Shown here in pieces: positions 7,956 to 16,387 of a stretch of 64,000 nucleotides of DNA. Each line of letters begins with the position of its first letter. Within the stretch, counting starts at the first letter, position 1. The position numbers and the translations under genes are program-made. The notes under the pieces were generated by a model, which saw nothing but the letters and a program-made list of their open reading frames with translations, was not told the DNA's origin and did not search any database. Source of the stretch: an uncultured Gemmatimonadaceae bacterium (lineage in GTDB: Bacteria; Gemmatimonadota; Gemmatimonadetes; Gemmatimonadales; GWC2-71-9); the NCBI GenBank assembly GCA_964571795.1, contig CAZNDK010000012.1:2029-66028 (forward strand), written 5' to 3'.

Positions 7956-9853
7956 GCGGCACCTCCCTTCCCGTTGCCCCGTGTGCGCTCGCGAATGGCG
8001 TCGAGCACGGTGGACACCTTGAACGGCTTCCCGTTGACCTGGCTGAACCGTTCCGCGGGCAGCAGGTAAGCTGCGCGCAGGAGCGTCACGAGCTGGCCGT
8101 TGTTCATTTCCGGCACCAGGATCCGGTCGAACCCCTTGAGGAGCTCGCCGAGGTTCCGCGGGAACGGCGCGATGTACCGCAGGTGGATGTGGGACACCCG
8201 GCGCCCTTCCGCGCGCGCCCGCTGCACCGCCATGTGGATCGGCCCGAACGTCGAGCCCCACCCCACGACCGCCAGTTCGCCGCGGGACTCGCCCTGCGAC
8301 ACCGCCTGCTCCGGAATGTCCGCTGCGATCCCGGCAATCTTGCCCGCGCGGGTCTCGGTCATCAGCGCGTGGTTGTCGGGGTCGTAGGAGATGTTGCCGG
8401 TCCCGTCCTTCCGCTCGATCCCGCCGATCCGGTGTTCCAGCCCCGGCGTGCCCGGCGCCACCCAGGGCCGCGCCAGGGTCTTCGGATCCCGGAGGTACGG
8501 CTGGAAACCGGTGGGGTCGGTGCGGAACTTGACCGGGAACGTCGGCAGCGTGGCGACATCCGGAATGCGCCACGGCTCGGCGGCGTTGGCCAGGTACCCG
8601 TCGGTCAGCAGGAACACCGGCGTCATGTACTTGGTGGCGAGCCGCACCGCCTCGATGGCCACCTCGAAGCAATCCGCCGGGGTGGCCGCCGCGAGCACCG
8701 GGAGCGGCGAATCGCCGTTGCGGCCCAGCACCGCCTGGAAGAGATCGGACTGTTCGGTCTTGGTTGGGAGCCCGGTGGAGGGCCCCGCGCGCTGCGAGTC
8801 GATGACGATGAGCGGCAGTTCGGTGGCGATGGCGAGGCCCAGGGCCTCGGTCTTGAGCGCGATGCCCGGCCCCGAGGAGGAGGTGACGCCCAGCGAGCCG
8901 GCGTAGGAGGCCCCGATGGCGGCGCAGACCGCTGCGATCTCGTCTTCGGCCTGGAAGGTCACCACGCCATAGGACCGGAGCGTCGTGAGGACCTGCAACA
9001 CCGGGGACGCCGGCGTGATGGGATACCCGGCAAACACCATCCGTTCGATGCCCGCCGCCTTGAGGCCGGCCACCAGCCCCCACGCCACCGCCTCCGTCCC
9101 GCTGATGGTGCGGTAGGTGCCGGGTTCCGCCGGGGCCGGCCCGATCGTGACCGGCCGCAGGTAGCCCGGCATCTCGGCGGTCTCTCCAAAAGCGTGGCCT
9201 GCGTTGAGCACCGCCACGTTGGCGGCGGCGATGGCGGGCTCGCCCTTGAACTTCTTCTCGAGCCAGTCGATGGTCGCCTGCCGTTCCCGGCCATACATCC
9301 AGAGCACGAGGCCGAGCGCCCACATGTTGCGCGACCTCGCGGTCTGCTTCGACGTCAGCCCCAGTCCCTCCACCGCCGCCTCGGTCAGCTTCCCGATGTC
9401 GAGCGGCAGCAGCTGGAACTCCGAAAGACTGCCGTCCTCGAGCGGGTTCTTGGCGTAGCCCGCCTTGAGGAGGTTTCGCTCGGTGAAGGCGCCCGTGTCG
9501 ACCACCAGGGTGCCACCCGGCCGCAGGTCCCTGATGTTCGTGGTGAGCGCGGCGGGGTTCATGGCCACCAGCATGTCGAGATCGTCGCCGGCGGTGGCCA
9601 CCTCGGCCGAACCGAAGTGAATCTGGAAGGCGGACACCCCGAACGTGGTGCCGACCGGGGCCCGGATCTCGGCGGGGAAGTCCGGGAAGGTGGCGAGGTC
9701 GCTGCCGGCCAGCGCCGTTTCCATGGTGAACCGGGAGCCGGTGATCTGCATGCCGTCACCGGAATCGCCTGCAAAACGGACGACGGCCCGCTCGCGCACC
9801 TCGGGGGTACCTGTCGCGGAAGCCGTGCCGGGAACGCTGGTCGTGGAGGACAT
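7952..9853 (-). CDS. korA: 2-oxoacid:ferredoxin oxidoreductase, fused alpha/gamma subunit
   Basis: ORF 7952-9901, with the start at ATG 9853 (MSSTTSVPG...) preceded by AAGGTGG. It has an N-terminal gamma-like domain (VRFAGDSGDGMQITG) followed by an alpha domain (ITPASPVLQ..., GLPTKTEQSDL). Confidence 0.9.
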   Translation of the reverse strand: MSSTTSVPGTASATGTPEVRERAVVRFAGDSGDGMQITGSRFTMETALAGSDLATFPDFPAEIRAPVGTTFGVSAFQIHFGSAEVATAGDDLDMLVAMNPAALTTNIRDLRPGGTLVVDTGAFTERNLLKAGYAKNPLEDGSLSEFQLLPLDIGKLTEAAVEGLGLTSKQTARSRNMWALGLVLWMYGRERQATIDWLEKKFKGEPAIAAANVAVLNAGHAFGETAEMPGYLRPVTIGPAPAEPGTYRTISGTEAVAWGLVAGLKAAGIERMVFAGYPITPASPVLQVLTTLRSYGVVTFQAEDEIAAVCAAIGASYAGSLGVTSSSGPGIALKTEALGLAIATELPLIVIDSQRAGPSTGLPTKTEQSDLFQAVLGRNGDSPLPVLAAATPADCFEVAIEAVRLATKYMTPVFLLTDGYLANAAEPWRIPDVATLPTFPVKFRTDPTGFQPYLRDPKTLARPWVAPGTPGLEHRIGGIERKDGTGNISYDPDNHALMTETRAGKIAGIAADIPEQAVSQGESRGELAVVGWGSTFGPIHMAVQRARAEGRRVSHIHLRYIAPFPRNLGELLKGFDRILVPEMNNGQLVTLLRAAYLLPAERFSQVNGKPFKVSTVLDAIRERTRGNGKGGAA

Positions 9854-9963
9854 CGGACCCACCTTGCGTGTGGGAAACCTGCGCGTCCGAATTGTATCCA
9901 CGGAGTGCCGTGCGGCGCCAGTTTGCCGCTTCCATTGGAGGACGGTTCTGGCGATTATTCCGC

Positions 9964-11061
9964 GTGCTCAGACTCGGTATTATCGGCCTTCCCAACGTCG
10001 GCAAGTCGACGCTATTCAACGCCCTGACGTCGGCGGGGGCGTTGGTGGCCAACTACCCCTTTGCCACGATCGAGCCCAACACCGGCGTCGTCCAGGTGCC
10101 GGACCCGAGGCTCGACGCCATCGCGGCGTTCGTCCGCCCGGAACGGGTGCTCCCCGCCACCGTCGAGTTTCTGGACATCGCGGGGCTCGTCAAGGGTGCC
10201 AGCCAGGGCGAGGGACTCGGCAACCAGTTCCTCGCCAACATCCGCGAAGTCGATGCCGTGGTGCACGTCGTCCGTTGCTTCGACAACGACGACATCCAGC
10301 ACGTGATGGGCAGCGTGGACCCGGTCCGCGACCGCGAGATCATCAACATCGAGCTCGGGCTCGCCGACCTCGCGTCGGTGGAAAAGCGGCTGGACAAGGC
10401 GGTGCGCACCGCCAAGTCGGGCGATGCGCAGGCCAAGGTCGAGGCCCGGCTCCTCGAGGCGTTGCGGAGCGCGCTGGCGGCCGGGCTGCCGGCCCGGTCG
10501 GTGGTCCCCGCGCCGGAGGAAGCGGCCGTATACCGCGGGTTCAACCTCCTGACCGCCAAGCCGGTGCTGTACGCCGCCAACGTCGGCGAGAGTGAAATCA
10601 CCACCGGGAACGCGCACGTGGCGGCGCTGCAGGCTGCGCTGGACAAGGACCAGGAGCCGGCGGAGATCGTCACCTTTTCGGCCCAGGTCGAGGCCGAGCT
10701 GGCGGAACTCGCGCCAGAAGACCGCGCCGAATTCCTCGAGTCGCTGGGGCTCACCGAATCGGGGCTCGACCGGCTGGCCCACGCCGCCTACCACCTGCTC
10801 GGACTGCAGAGCTACTTCACCGCCGGTGAGAAGGAAGTCCGCGCCTGGACCATCCACAAGGGCGATCGCGCCCCCCAGGCGGCCGGCGTCATCCACTCCG
10901 ATTTCGAGCACGGGTTCATCCGGGCGGAAACGGTGGCGTACGCCGAGTTCGTGCGGGTCGGGGGATGGAAGCCGGCCCGCGAACAGGGCCTGGCCCGGGC
11001 CGAGGGCAAGGAATACGTCGTGCAGGACGGCGACGTCATGTTGTTCCGATTCAACGTCTAG
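9964..11061 (+). CDS. ychF: Ribosome-binding / redox-regulated ATPase YchF
   Basis: ORF 9868-11061. GTG 9964 gives (M)LRLGIIGLPNVGKSTLFNALT, the canonical YchF N-terminus, for 365 aa. C-terminal TGS-like ...VVQDGDVMLFRFNV. Confidence 0.95.
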   Translation: MLRLGIIGLPNVGKSTLFNALTSAGALVANYPFATIEPNTGVVQVPDPRLDAIAAFVRPERVLPATVEFLDIAGLVKGASQGEGLGNQFLANIREVDAVVHVVRCFDNDDIQHVMGSVDPVRDREIINIELGLADLASVEKRLDKAVRTAKSGDAQAKVEARLLEALRSALAAGLPARSVVPAPEEAAVYRGFNLLTAKPVLYAANVGESEITTGNAHVAALQAALDKDQEPAEIVTFSAQVEAELAELAPEDRAEFLESLGLTESGLDRLAHAAYHLLGLQSYFTAGEKEVRAWTIHKGDRAPQAAGVIHSDFEHGFIRAETVAYAEFVRVGGWKPAREQGLARAEGKEYVVQDGDVMLFRFNV

Positions 11062-11073
11062 GAGAGCGCATAC

Positions 11074-11787
11074 ATGGCTAATCCCTTCGGTGCCGCCCAG
11101 GGGCGCACCAGCTTCGTCTCGGATGTCGAGAGCGCGCGCGTCGCCGCGTTCCTCCGGGGTGTCTATTGGTGGATGTTCGGCGGGCTCGGCGTCACCGCCC
11201 TGGTGGCGGTCGTGGTGGCGAGCTCGCCGGCGGCGGTGGCCACGCTGGTCCGCACGCCGCTCTTGTTCTTCGGCATCATCATCGCCGAGCTGATCCTGGT
11301 CGGATACATGTCGGTGCGGGTGGCCAAGATGTCTCCCTCCACCGCCGGCACGCTGTTCCTGGCCTACTCGGCACTCAACGGCGTCACCTTTTCCCTGATC
11401 CTGCTGGCCTACACCGGCGCCTCGGTGGCCAACGCCTTCTTCGTCACGGCGGGCATGTTCGGCGCCCTTGCCGTGTACGGCAGCGTCACCAAGCGCGACC
11501 TGAGCGGCATGGGTCGGTTCATGTTCATGGGGCTGGTGGGGCTGGTCATCGCGAGCGTGGTGAGCATCTTCTGGCGGAACGACGCGATGCAGTTCGTGAT
11601 GGGCGTGGTGGGGGTGCTGGTCTTCTCGGGGCTCACCGCCTACGACACCCAGCGGCTTCGGGCCATGGCGCTGCAACTGCAGGGTGAGCAGACCGGCTCC
11701 TACGCGGTGGTCGGCGCCCTGAGCCTCTACCTGAACTTCGTCAACCTCTTCCTGTCGTTGCTGCGCCTCTTCGGGCGCCGCGACTAG
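11074..11787 (+). CDS. Bax inhibitor-1/YccA family membrane protein
   Basis: 237 aa with 7 predicted TM segments. BI-1-type C-terminal region (...LTAYDTQRLRAMA...ALSLYLNFVNLFLSLLRLFG). AGGAGAG Shine-Dalgarno upstream. Confidence 0.85.
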   Translation: MANPFGAAQGRTSFVSDVESARVAAFLRGVYWWMFGGLGVTALVAVVVASSPAAVATLVRTPLLFFGIIIAELILVGYMSVRVAKMSPSTAGTLFLAYSALNGVTFSLILLAYTGASVANAFFVTAGMFGALAVYGSVTKRDLSGMGRFMFMGLVGLVIASVVSIFWRNDAMQFVMGVVGVLVFSGLTAYDTQRLRAMALQLQGEQTGSYAVVGALSLYLNFVNLFLSLLRLFGRRD

Positions 11788-11793
11788 GTCGTC

Positions 11794-12453
11794 CTACCGG
11801 GCGGGCGCGGCGGCCAGCAGGGTGCCGCGCCAGCTCTCGCTCAACGCCGGGCACGCCGCCAGCCGGGCGCTCTCCTCCCGCCGGTGGGCCCGCTCCGTCA
11901 TCACCTCCGTCGCCACCCGCACCGGCCACTGCGGAAAGGGCCGGTCTACGAGCGTGACCGGCATTCCCGCCTCGACCCACCCTTCCGTCAGGACCCTGAG
12001 GTACCAGCCGTACCGATGGTGCTCATGGACCAGCTTGACCATGTCCTTCCGATGAAACCGGCGGTTGAGCGTGGCGCAGGGCTGCCGTGGCTGCGACACC
12101 TCGACCCGTGCCTGGCCGATGGCGAACCGGTCGCCGATACAGACGTTCCGCTCGTCCGCGCCCTCGATGGTCAGGTTGTCGCCAAACCACCCCGGCCCCA
12201 CGTCGGCTCGCCCCAGCAGCTCCCGCCACGCCGGATAGTGGCCGAATCCGTACGCCAGGATCGCCTTGTCCACGCCGCCGTGCACGGTCCGGTCGGCCTG
12301 CATGTCGCCCGCCACCCCCTGACGGCCGGCCCAGACGGCGCCGGCCACCGGCTGCTTGGCGATGGCGCTGGTCCAGGGCCGGTCGAGCGAGTCTTCGGCG
12401 CCCTCTGTGCCGTAGGCCCGTGGGATGCCCACCTGAATGGATCGGAGGATCAT
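11794..12453 (-). CDS. MOSC domain-containing protein (YiiM-like)
   Basis: ORF 11794-12480, with the start moved to ATG 12453 (MILRSIQVG...). Motifs: HGGVDKAILAY..., GWFGDNLTIEG..., VEVSQPRQPCATLNRRF (MOSC Cys). Confidence 0.8.
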   Translation of the reverse strand: MILRSIQVGIPRAYGTEGAEDSLDRPWTSAIAKQPVAGAVWAGRQGVAGDMQADRTVHGGVDKAILAYGFGHYPAWRELLGRADVGPGWFGDNLTIEGADERNVCIGDRFAIGQARVEVSQPRQPCATLNRRFHRKDMVKLVHEHHRYGWYLRVLTEGWVEAGMPVTLVDRPFPQWPVRVATEVMTERAHRREESARLAACPALSESWRGTLLAAAPAR

Positions 12454-12458
12454 GCCGG

Positions 12459-12464
12459 AAGATA
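12459..12464 (-). promoter_or_regulatory. Candidate -10 box TATCTT (minus strand), 5 nt upstream of ATG 12453 (leaderless-type)
   Basis: Minus strand reads gcTATCTTccggcATG with no Shine-Dalgarno. The same hexamer and layout occur at arfB (44797-44802). Confidence 0.3.
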
Positions 12465-12471
12465 GCGACCT

Positions 12472-12500
12472 TTGACTCAAGTCCGCATCCCGGCTATACT
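12472..12500 (+). promoter_or_regulatory. Near-consensus sigma70-type promoter of the rpsF operon (TTGACT-17 nt-TATACT)
   Basis: TTGACT at 12472-12477, a 17-nt spacer, then TATACT at 12495-12500. The predicted TSS is near 12507, leaving a leader of about 60 nt before the AAGGAAGG Shine-Dalgarno and ATG 12568. Confidence 0.5.
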
Positions 12501-12567
12501 TCGCGGCTCACAAATCTCCTCCTCGGCCTCACACCAGGGCTGGGGCAACTGTCCAAAGGAAGGTGTC

Positions 12568-12909
12568 ATGACCCGTCAGTACGAAGCGGTCTATATCTTC
12601 GATTCTGCCCTCGAAGAGGCCGCAATCACCGAGCGCCTTGAGCGCTTCCACGCGCTGCTCGCCCGCCCTGAGGCCGAAGCGCCGCAGGTGTCCCACTGGG
12701 GCAAGCGGACGCTGGCCTACCCGATCAACCGCCACGAAACCGGCTACTACGTCATCGCCAAGCTCGAGACCTCGCCCGAGGCGCTCCCGGAATTTGAGCG
12801 CGCCGTGAAGCTCGAGGCAGGCGTGCTCCGGTTCCTGATCGTGGTCAGCGAAGGCGCCCAGCCGGTCCCCGCCACCGCCGACAAGGGCGATGGGGAGGAC
12901 GACGAATGA
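12568..12909 (+). CDS. rpsF: 30S ribosomal protein S6
   Basis: ORF 12472-12909. ATG 12568 gives MTRQYEAVYIFDSALEEAAITERLERFHALL...HWGKRTLAYPINRHETGYYV. Confidence 0.95.
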   Translation: MTRQYEAVYIFDSALEEAAITERLERFHALLARPEAEAPQVSHWGKRTLAYPINRHETGYYVIAKLETSPEALPEFERAVKLEAGVLRFLIVVSEGAQPVPATADKGDGEDDE

Positions 12910-13127
12910 GGCGCCCACAGAAGACCTGCTCGATCTGCGAATCGGGCGTGCGCGTGGTCGATTTCAAGGATGAGCGGACCCTGTCGCGGTTCCTCTCGGA
13001 GCGCGGCAAGATCCTGCCCAGCCGGCTTTCGGGCACCTGCGCCCGGCACCAGCGTCAGCTCAGCACCGCCATCAAGCGGGCGCGGGTGCTGGCGCTCCTG
13101 CCGTACCTGAAGGGCCACGGCGGCTGA
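12906..13127 (+). CDS. rpsR: 30S ribosomal protein S18
   Basis: 73 aa: ...CSICESGVRVVDFKDERTLSRFLSERGKILPSRLSGTCARHQRQLSTAIKRARVLALLPY. ATGA overlap with the rpsF stop. Confidence 0.95.
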   Translation: MRRPQKTCSICESGVRVVDFKDERTLSRFLSERGKILPSRLSGTCARHQRQLSTAIKRARVLALLPYLKGHGG

Positions 13128-13129
13128 GC

Positions 13130-14080
13130 GTGGCACAGGGGCGGCCCCCGGGGGGACAGGTGCTGTCCCTCAGGGCCCGCCTCGCGGTCGTGGGCTACGT
13201 GGCGATCACCTGGCCGATCATGACCGCATTTCTCTTCGGACCGCTCGCCCTGCTGATTGCGGGCAGCCGGCCGCAGGGACGGCGGGCCTGGTTCTGGTTG
13301 GGCGCACTCACGCTGTGGCTGGCCTTCTGGGCGGCCCAGCCGGGCACCATGCTGGAGGAGTTGGTCCGGGCGGCGGCGGTGCTCTCGGCGGGAGTCGGGG
13401 TGCTGATCCTGCTGCTCACGCCGGGATCGGTGTCGGCCCGGGCGCTCAGGGCCACGGCCGGCGTCGTGCTGGGCACGGCGGGCCTTGCCGCCATCGTGGG
13501 CATCCGGTGGCGCGACGTGGAGCTGGCCGTGGTGCAGCAGGGGGCGGCCGCCCAGCGCCTCGCGATGGAGCTGATGAATCGCGGGAAGACCGCCCCGGCG
13601 CCGGAAACCGTCGCCGCGCTCCAGGCCCTCGGCGAGGGGATGCGCCCGATGGCGCCGTTCTTCCCCGGTGTGGTGGCCCTGCTGATCTTTGCGGGGCTCT
13701 GCCTCGCCGCCATGGTCGCCCCGCGGATTACCGGGCTGGCCGTGATGCCGCTGCCGGGGCGCTTCGAGGAATTCCGGTTCAGCGACCAGCTGGTTTGGTC
13801 GGTCATTCTGGGCCTCGTGGGGCAGTTGTTCTTCGGGACCACCCCCGCGGCGGGCCCGGCCGCCAGCCTGCTGACGTTCGGTGTGGGGCTCTACATCCTC
13901 CGCGGTTCGGCGGTGCTGGCCGCGGCGCTTCAGTCGGCGCCCCGGGTGTTCATCGTGCTGCTGATGGTGGGTGCGCTGTTTCTCTTGCCGTTCGCCGTGG
14001 GAGGGCTCGCCCTCCTCGGCCTGGCTGATATCTGGCTCGACTTCCGGCGGCGCCTCGCGCCGCCGCCTTCCGGAGGGTAG
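13130..14080 (+). CDS. Polytopic membrane protein between rpsR and rplI (possibly DUF2232/YybS-like, judged by synteny only)
   Basis: 316-aa ORF with a GTG start 3 nt after the rpsR stop. It has about 8 hydrophobic helices and coding-like composition. I cannot confirm the family from sequence alone. Confidence 0.65.
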   Translation: MAQGRPPGGQVLSLRARLAVVGYVAITWPIMTAFLFGPLALLIAGSRPQGRRAWFWLGALTLWLAFWAAQPGTMLEELVRAAAVLSAGVGVLILLLTPGSVSARALRATAGVVLGTAGLAAIVGIRWRDVELAVVQQGAAAQRLAMELMNRGKTAPAPETVAALQALGEGMRPMAPFFPGVVALLIFAGLCLAAMVAPRITGLAVMPLPGRFEEFRFSDQLVWSVILGLVGQLFFGTTPAAGPAASLLTFGVGLYILRGSAVLAAALQSAPRVFIVLLMVGALFLLPFAVGGLALLGLADIWLDFRRRLAPPPSGG

Positions 14081-14085
14081 GACCG

Positions 14086-14532
14086 ATGATGGAAGTGATC
14101 CTGCGTGACGACATCAAGTCGCTCGGCAAGGCCGGCGAGCTGGTCCGGGTCAAGCCGGGCTACGCGCGCAATTACCTGCTGCCGCAGGGCCTCGCCTACG
14201 AGGCCACCGAGGGCAACAAGAAGCGCATCGTGGCCGAGACCAAGGCGCGCGCCGTCCGCCTCGCCGCCGAGAAGGACGCCGCCGTGGCGGCCGCCGCCGG
14301 CCTGTCCGCCGTCGCCCTCACCTTCGTGAAGAAGGCCGGGGAGGAGGGCAAGCTGTTCGGGTCCATCACGACCCAGGACATCGCCGAGGCGCTGGCGGCC
14401 CAGGGGCACACGGTGGACAAGCGCCGCGTGGAGCTGGGGCACCCGATCAAGACGCTGGGCGAGCACACCGTCATCGTCCGCCTCCATCCCGAGGTGCACG
14501 CCGACGTTCGCGTCACGGTCGCCGCGGAGTAG
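14086..14532 (+). CDS. rplI: 50S ribosomal protein L9
   Basis: MMEVILRDDIKSLGKAGELVRVKPGYARNYLLPQGLAYEAT... is the canonical L9 N-domain. 148 aa. Confidence 0.95.
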   Translation: MMEVILRDDIKSLGKAGELVRVKPGYARNYLLPQGLAYEATEGNKKRIVAETKARAVRLAAEKDAAVAAAAGLSAVALTFVKKAGEEGKLFGSITTQDIAEALAAQGHTVDKRRVELGHPIKTLGEHTVIVRLHPEVHADVRVTVAAE

Positions 14533-14545
14533 GGGCCGCCCCGCG

Positions 14546-16387
14546 ATGGGCGTCGGCATTGCCTACATGGACGGGCCGCGGCTCGCCCGTTCCCTCTTCG
14601 CCGCCTCGGACTGGGTGGCCGCCGGCCGCGAGGAGATCAATCGCATCAACGTGTTCCCCGTCCCCGACGGGGACACGGGCACCAATTTCAGCCTGACCCT
14701 CCGCTCCGTCGCCGACGCCCTCCGGGCGCTCGGCGACGCGCCGCTTCCGGTCACCGCCACCACCATGGCCCGGGCGGCCGTGCTCGGCGCCCGCGGCAAC
14801 TCCGGCATGATGCTGGCCCATTTCCTGATGGGCGTGGCGGAATCGCTGGGCGACAAGGAGTCCGCGACGCCGGCCCAGCTGGCGGCCGCCCTCACCGCCG
14901 GGGCCGACCGGCTCTACGGCGCCCTCGACGACCCGCGCGAAGGCACCATCCTCACGGTCGCCCGCGAGGCGGCCGCCGCCGCGGAACGCGCCGCGGCCAG
15001 CTCGCCGGACATCGCCGAGTTCATGCGCCGGATGTACGCGGAGGGGGAGGCCGCCCTGGCGCGCACCCCCGAGCTGATGGCGGTCCTCAAGGAGGCCGGC
15101 GTCGTGGACGCCGGCGGCATGGGCTTCATGCGGATGATCGAGGGGGTGGTCCGGTTCATCGACGGCGACCCGATCCTCGCCGCCGACCCGGGGTACACCG
15201 GGGAGTACATGATCCCCGCCGCCGAGATGCAGGTCGAGGCGGACCAGGACTACCAGTACTGCACCGAGGTGGTGGTCCGCGGCGAGCAGCTGCCGCCGGC
15301 GAACGAGGTCCGCGCGGCGCTCCGGGCGTTCGGCGGGTCGCTGGTGGTGGCCGTGATGAGCGACATCCTCCACGCGCATGTGCATACGAACACCCCGGAT
15401 GCCGTCTTTACTTGTGCGTCCCGGTGGGGGACGCTGGAGAAGACCAAGGCCGAGGACATGCGGGCCCAGCACCGGGGCCTGAAGCACGGAGTCCAGAAGC
15501 AGGTTGGCGTCGTCACCGACAGCGCGTCCGACCTTCCCGACGCGGTCCTCGACCGGCACGGGATCTCCCTCGTTCCACTCCAGGTCATCTTCGGCAACGA
15601 GACCCTGCGGGACCGGGTGGAGCTGAAGCCCGAAGAGTTCTATCGGCGGATGCGGTCCTCCGCGCAGCTCCCCTCCACCTCGCAGCCGACCGTGGCGGAC
15701 TTCGTCCGGGTGTTCCGGGAGGCCCGGCACGAGGCGGAACATGTGATCGCCGTCCTGGTGTCGTCGGGCCTTTCCGGCACCTTTCAATCAGGCGCCGCGG
15801 CCATCAAGGCGGGTGGGCTCACCAACGTCCGGCTGGTGGACAGCAAGTCGGCCTCGCTCGGCGGCGGCATGCTGGCCCTGCGGGCGGCGGAGCTGGCGGA
15901 GCAGGATTGGCCGGCCGAGGCGATCGCCAGGGAGCTCGAGAGGGTGCGCGACCAGTCCGGTGTGTTCCTGACGGTCGACAAGTTCGACAACCTGCTCCGC
16001 AGCGGGCGGGTGACCCGGGGCAAGGCCTGGATCGGCGGGCTGCTGGACGTGAAGCCGATCCTGTCGCTCGACGCCGCGGGACGGGTGGTGCCGGTGGACC
16101 GGGCGCGCGGCAAGGAGCAGCTGATTGGCAAGGTCCTGGCGCTGCTCGACGCCAAGCTGCAGCCCCGGCCTCAGCAGGTGCGGTTCGGCGTGGTGCACGC
16201 GGAGGCGCCGGAAGTGGCGGAACGGGTGCGGAATGCCCTGGTGGCCGCGTACCGCCCGCGGGACTGCTTCGTGTCGTTGGCCACGGGGGTGCTGGGCACC
16301 CACGTCGGGGAGGGCGCCTGGGCCATCTTCTACCAGGTGGAGGACGGCACGCCCCCCGCGCCGCCCAACCCCCGGAGCCCGGAGTGA
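14546..16387 (+). CDS. Dak2-domain (FakA/YloV-type) protein fused to a complete DegV (FakB-type) domain
   Basis: 613 aa. The N-terminus has the Dak2 motif NVFPVPDGDTGTN. The central part is a YloV/FakA-type segment (...DYQYCTEVVVRG...GGSLVVAVMSDILHAHVHTNTP...). From about aa 320 (nt 15503) there is a full DegV domain (VGVVTDSASDLP...LPSTSQPT...SSGLSGTFQSG...VDSKSASLGGG...LLRSGRV...LLDVKPIL...THVGEGAWAIF). Confidence 0.9.
   Translation: MGVGIAYMDGPRLARSLFAASDWVAAGREEINRINVFPVPDGDTGTNFSLTLRSVADALRALGDAPLPVTATTMARAAVLGARGNSGMMLAHFLMGVAESLGDKESATPAQLAAALTAGADRLYGALDDPREGTILTVAREAAAAAERAAASSPDIAEFMRRMYAEGEAALARTPELMAVLKEAGVVDAGGMGFMRMIEGVVRFIDGDPILAADPGYTGEYMIPAAEMQVEADQDYQYCTEVVVRGEQLPPANEVRAALRAFGGSLVVAVMSDILHAHVHTNTPDAVFTCASRWGTLEKTKAEDMRAQHRGLKHGVQKQVGVVTDSASDLPDAVLDRHGISLVPLQVIFGNETLRDRVELKPEEFYRRMRSSAQLPSTSQPTVADFVRVFREARHEAEHVIAVLVSSGLSGTFQSGAAAIKAGGLTNVRLVDSKSASLGGGMLALRAAELAEQDWPAEAIARELERVRDQSGVFLTVDKFDNLLRSGRVTRGKAWIGGLLDVKPILSLDAAGRVVPVDRARGKEQLIGKVLALLDAKLQPRPQQVRFGVVHAEAPEVAERVRNALVAAYRPRDCFVSLATGVLGTHVGEGAWAIFYQVEDGTPPAPPNPRSPE

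Noticed and set aside
7956-9323. N-terminal 455 aa of the 790-aa ORF-track entry 6951-9323
   Set aside because: Only the last 334 aa are KorB. The upstream part is an out-of-frame read through korA with Arg/Gly/Pro-rich junk composition. ATG 7955 gives the canonical KorB N-terminus and a 4-nt overlap with korA.
9941-9963. Leaderless-type -10 box for ychF (gattattccgcGTG)
   Set aside because: No hexamer fits TAnnnT at the right distance (GATTAT and ATTATT both fail at key positions), so I did not count it with the other leaderless candidates.
8183-11676. Long ORFs 8183-10027 (+) and 10012-11676 (-) opposite korA, ychF and the BI-1 gene
   Set aside because: Both are antisense to genes with unmistakable motifs (the YchF G1 motif, BI-1 TM pattern). 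Their Arg/Gly/His/Pro-rich composition is not protein-like.
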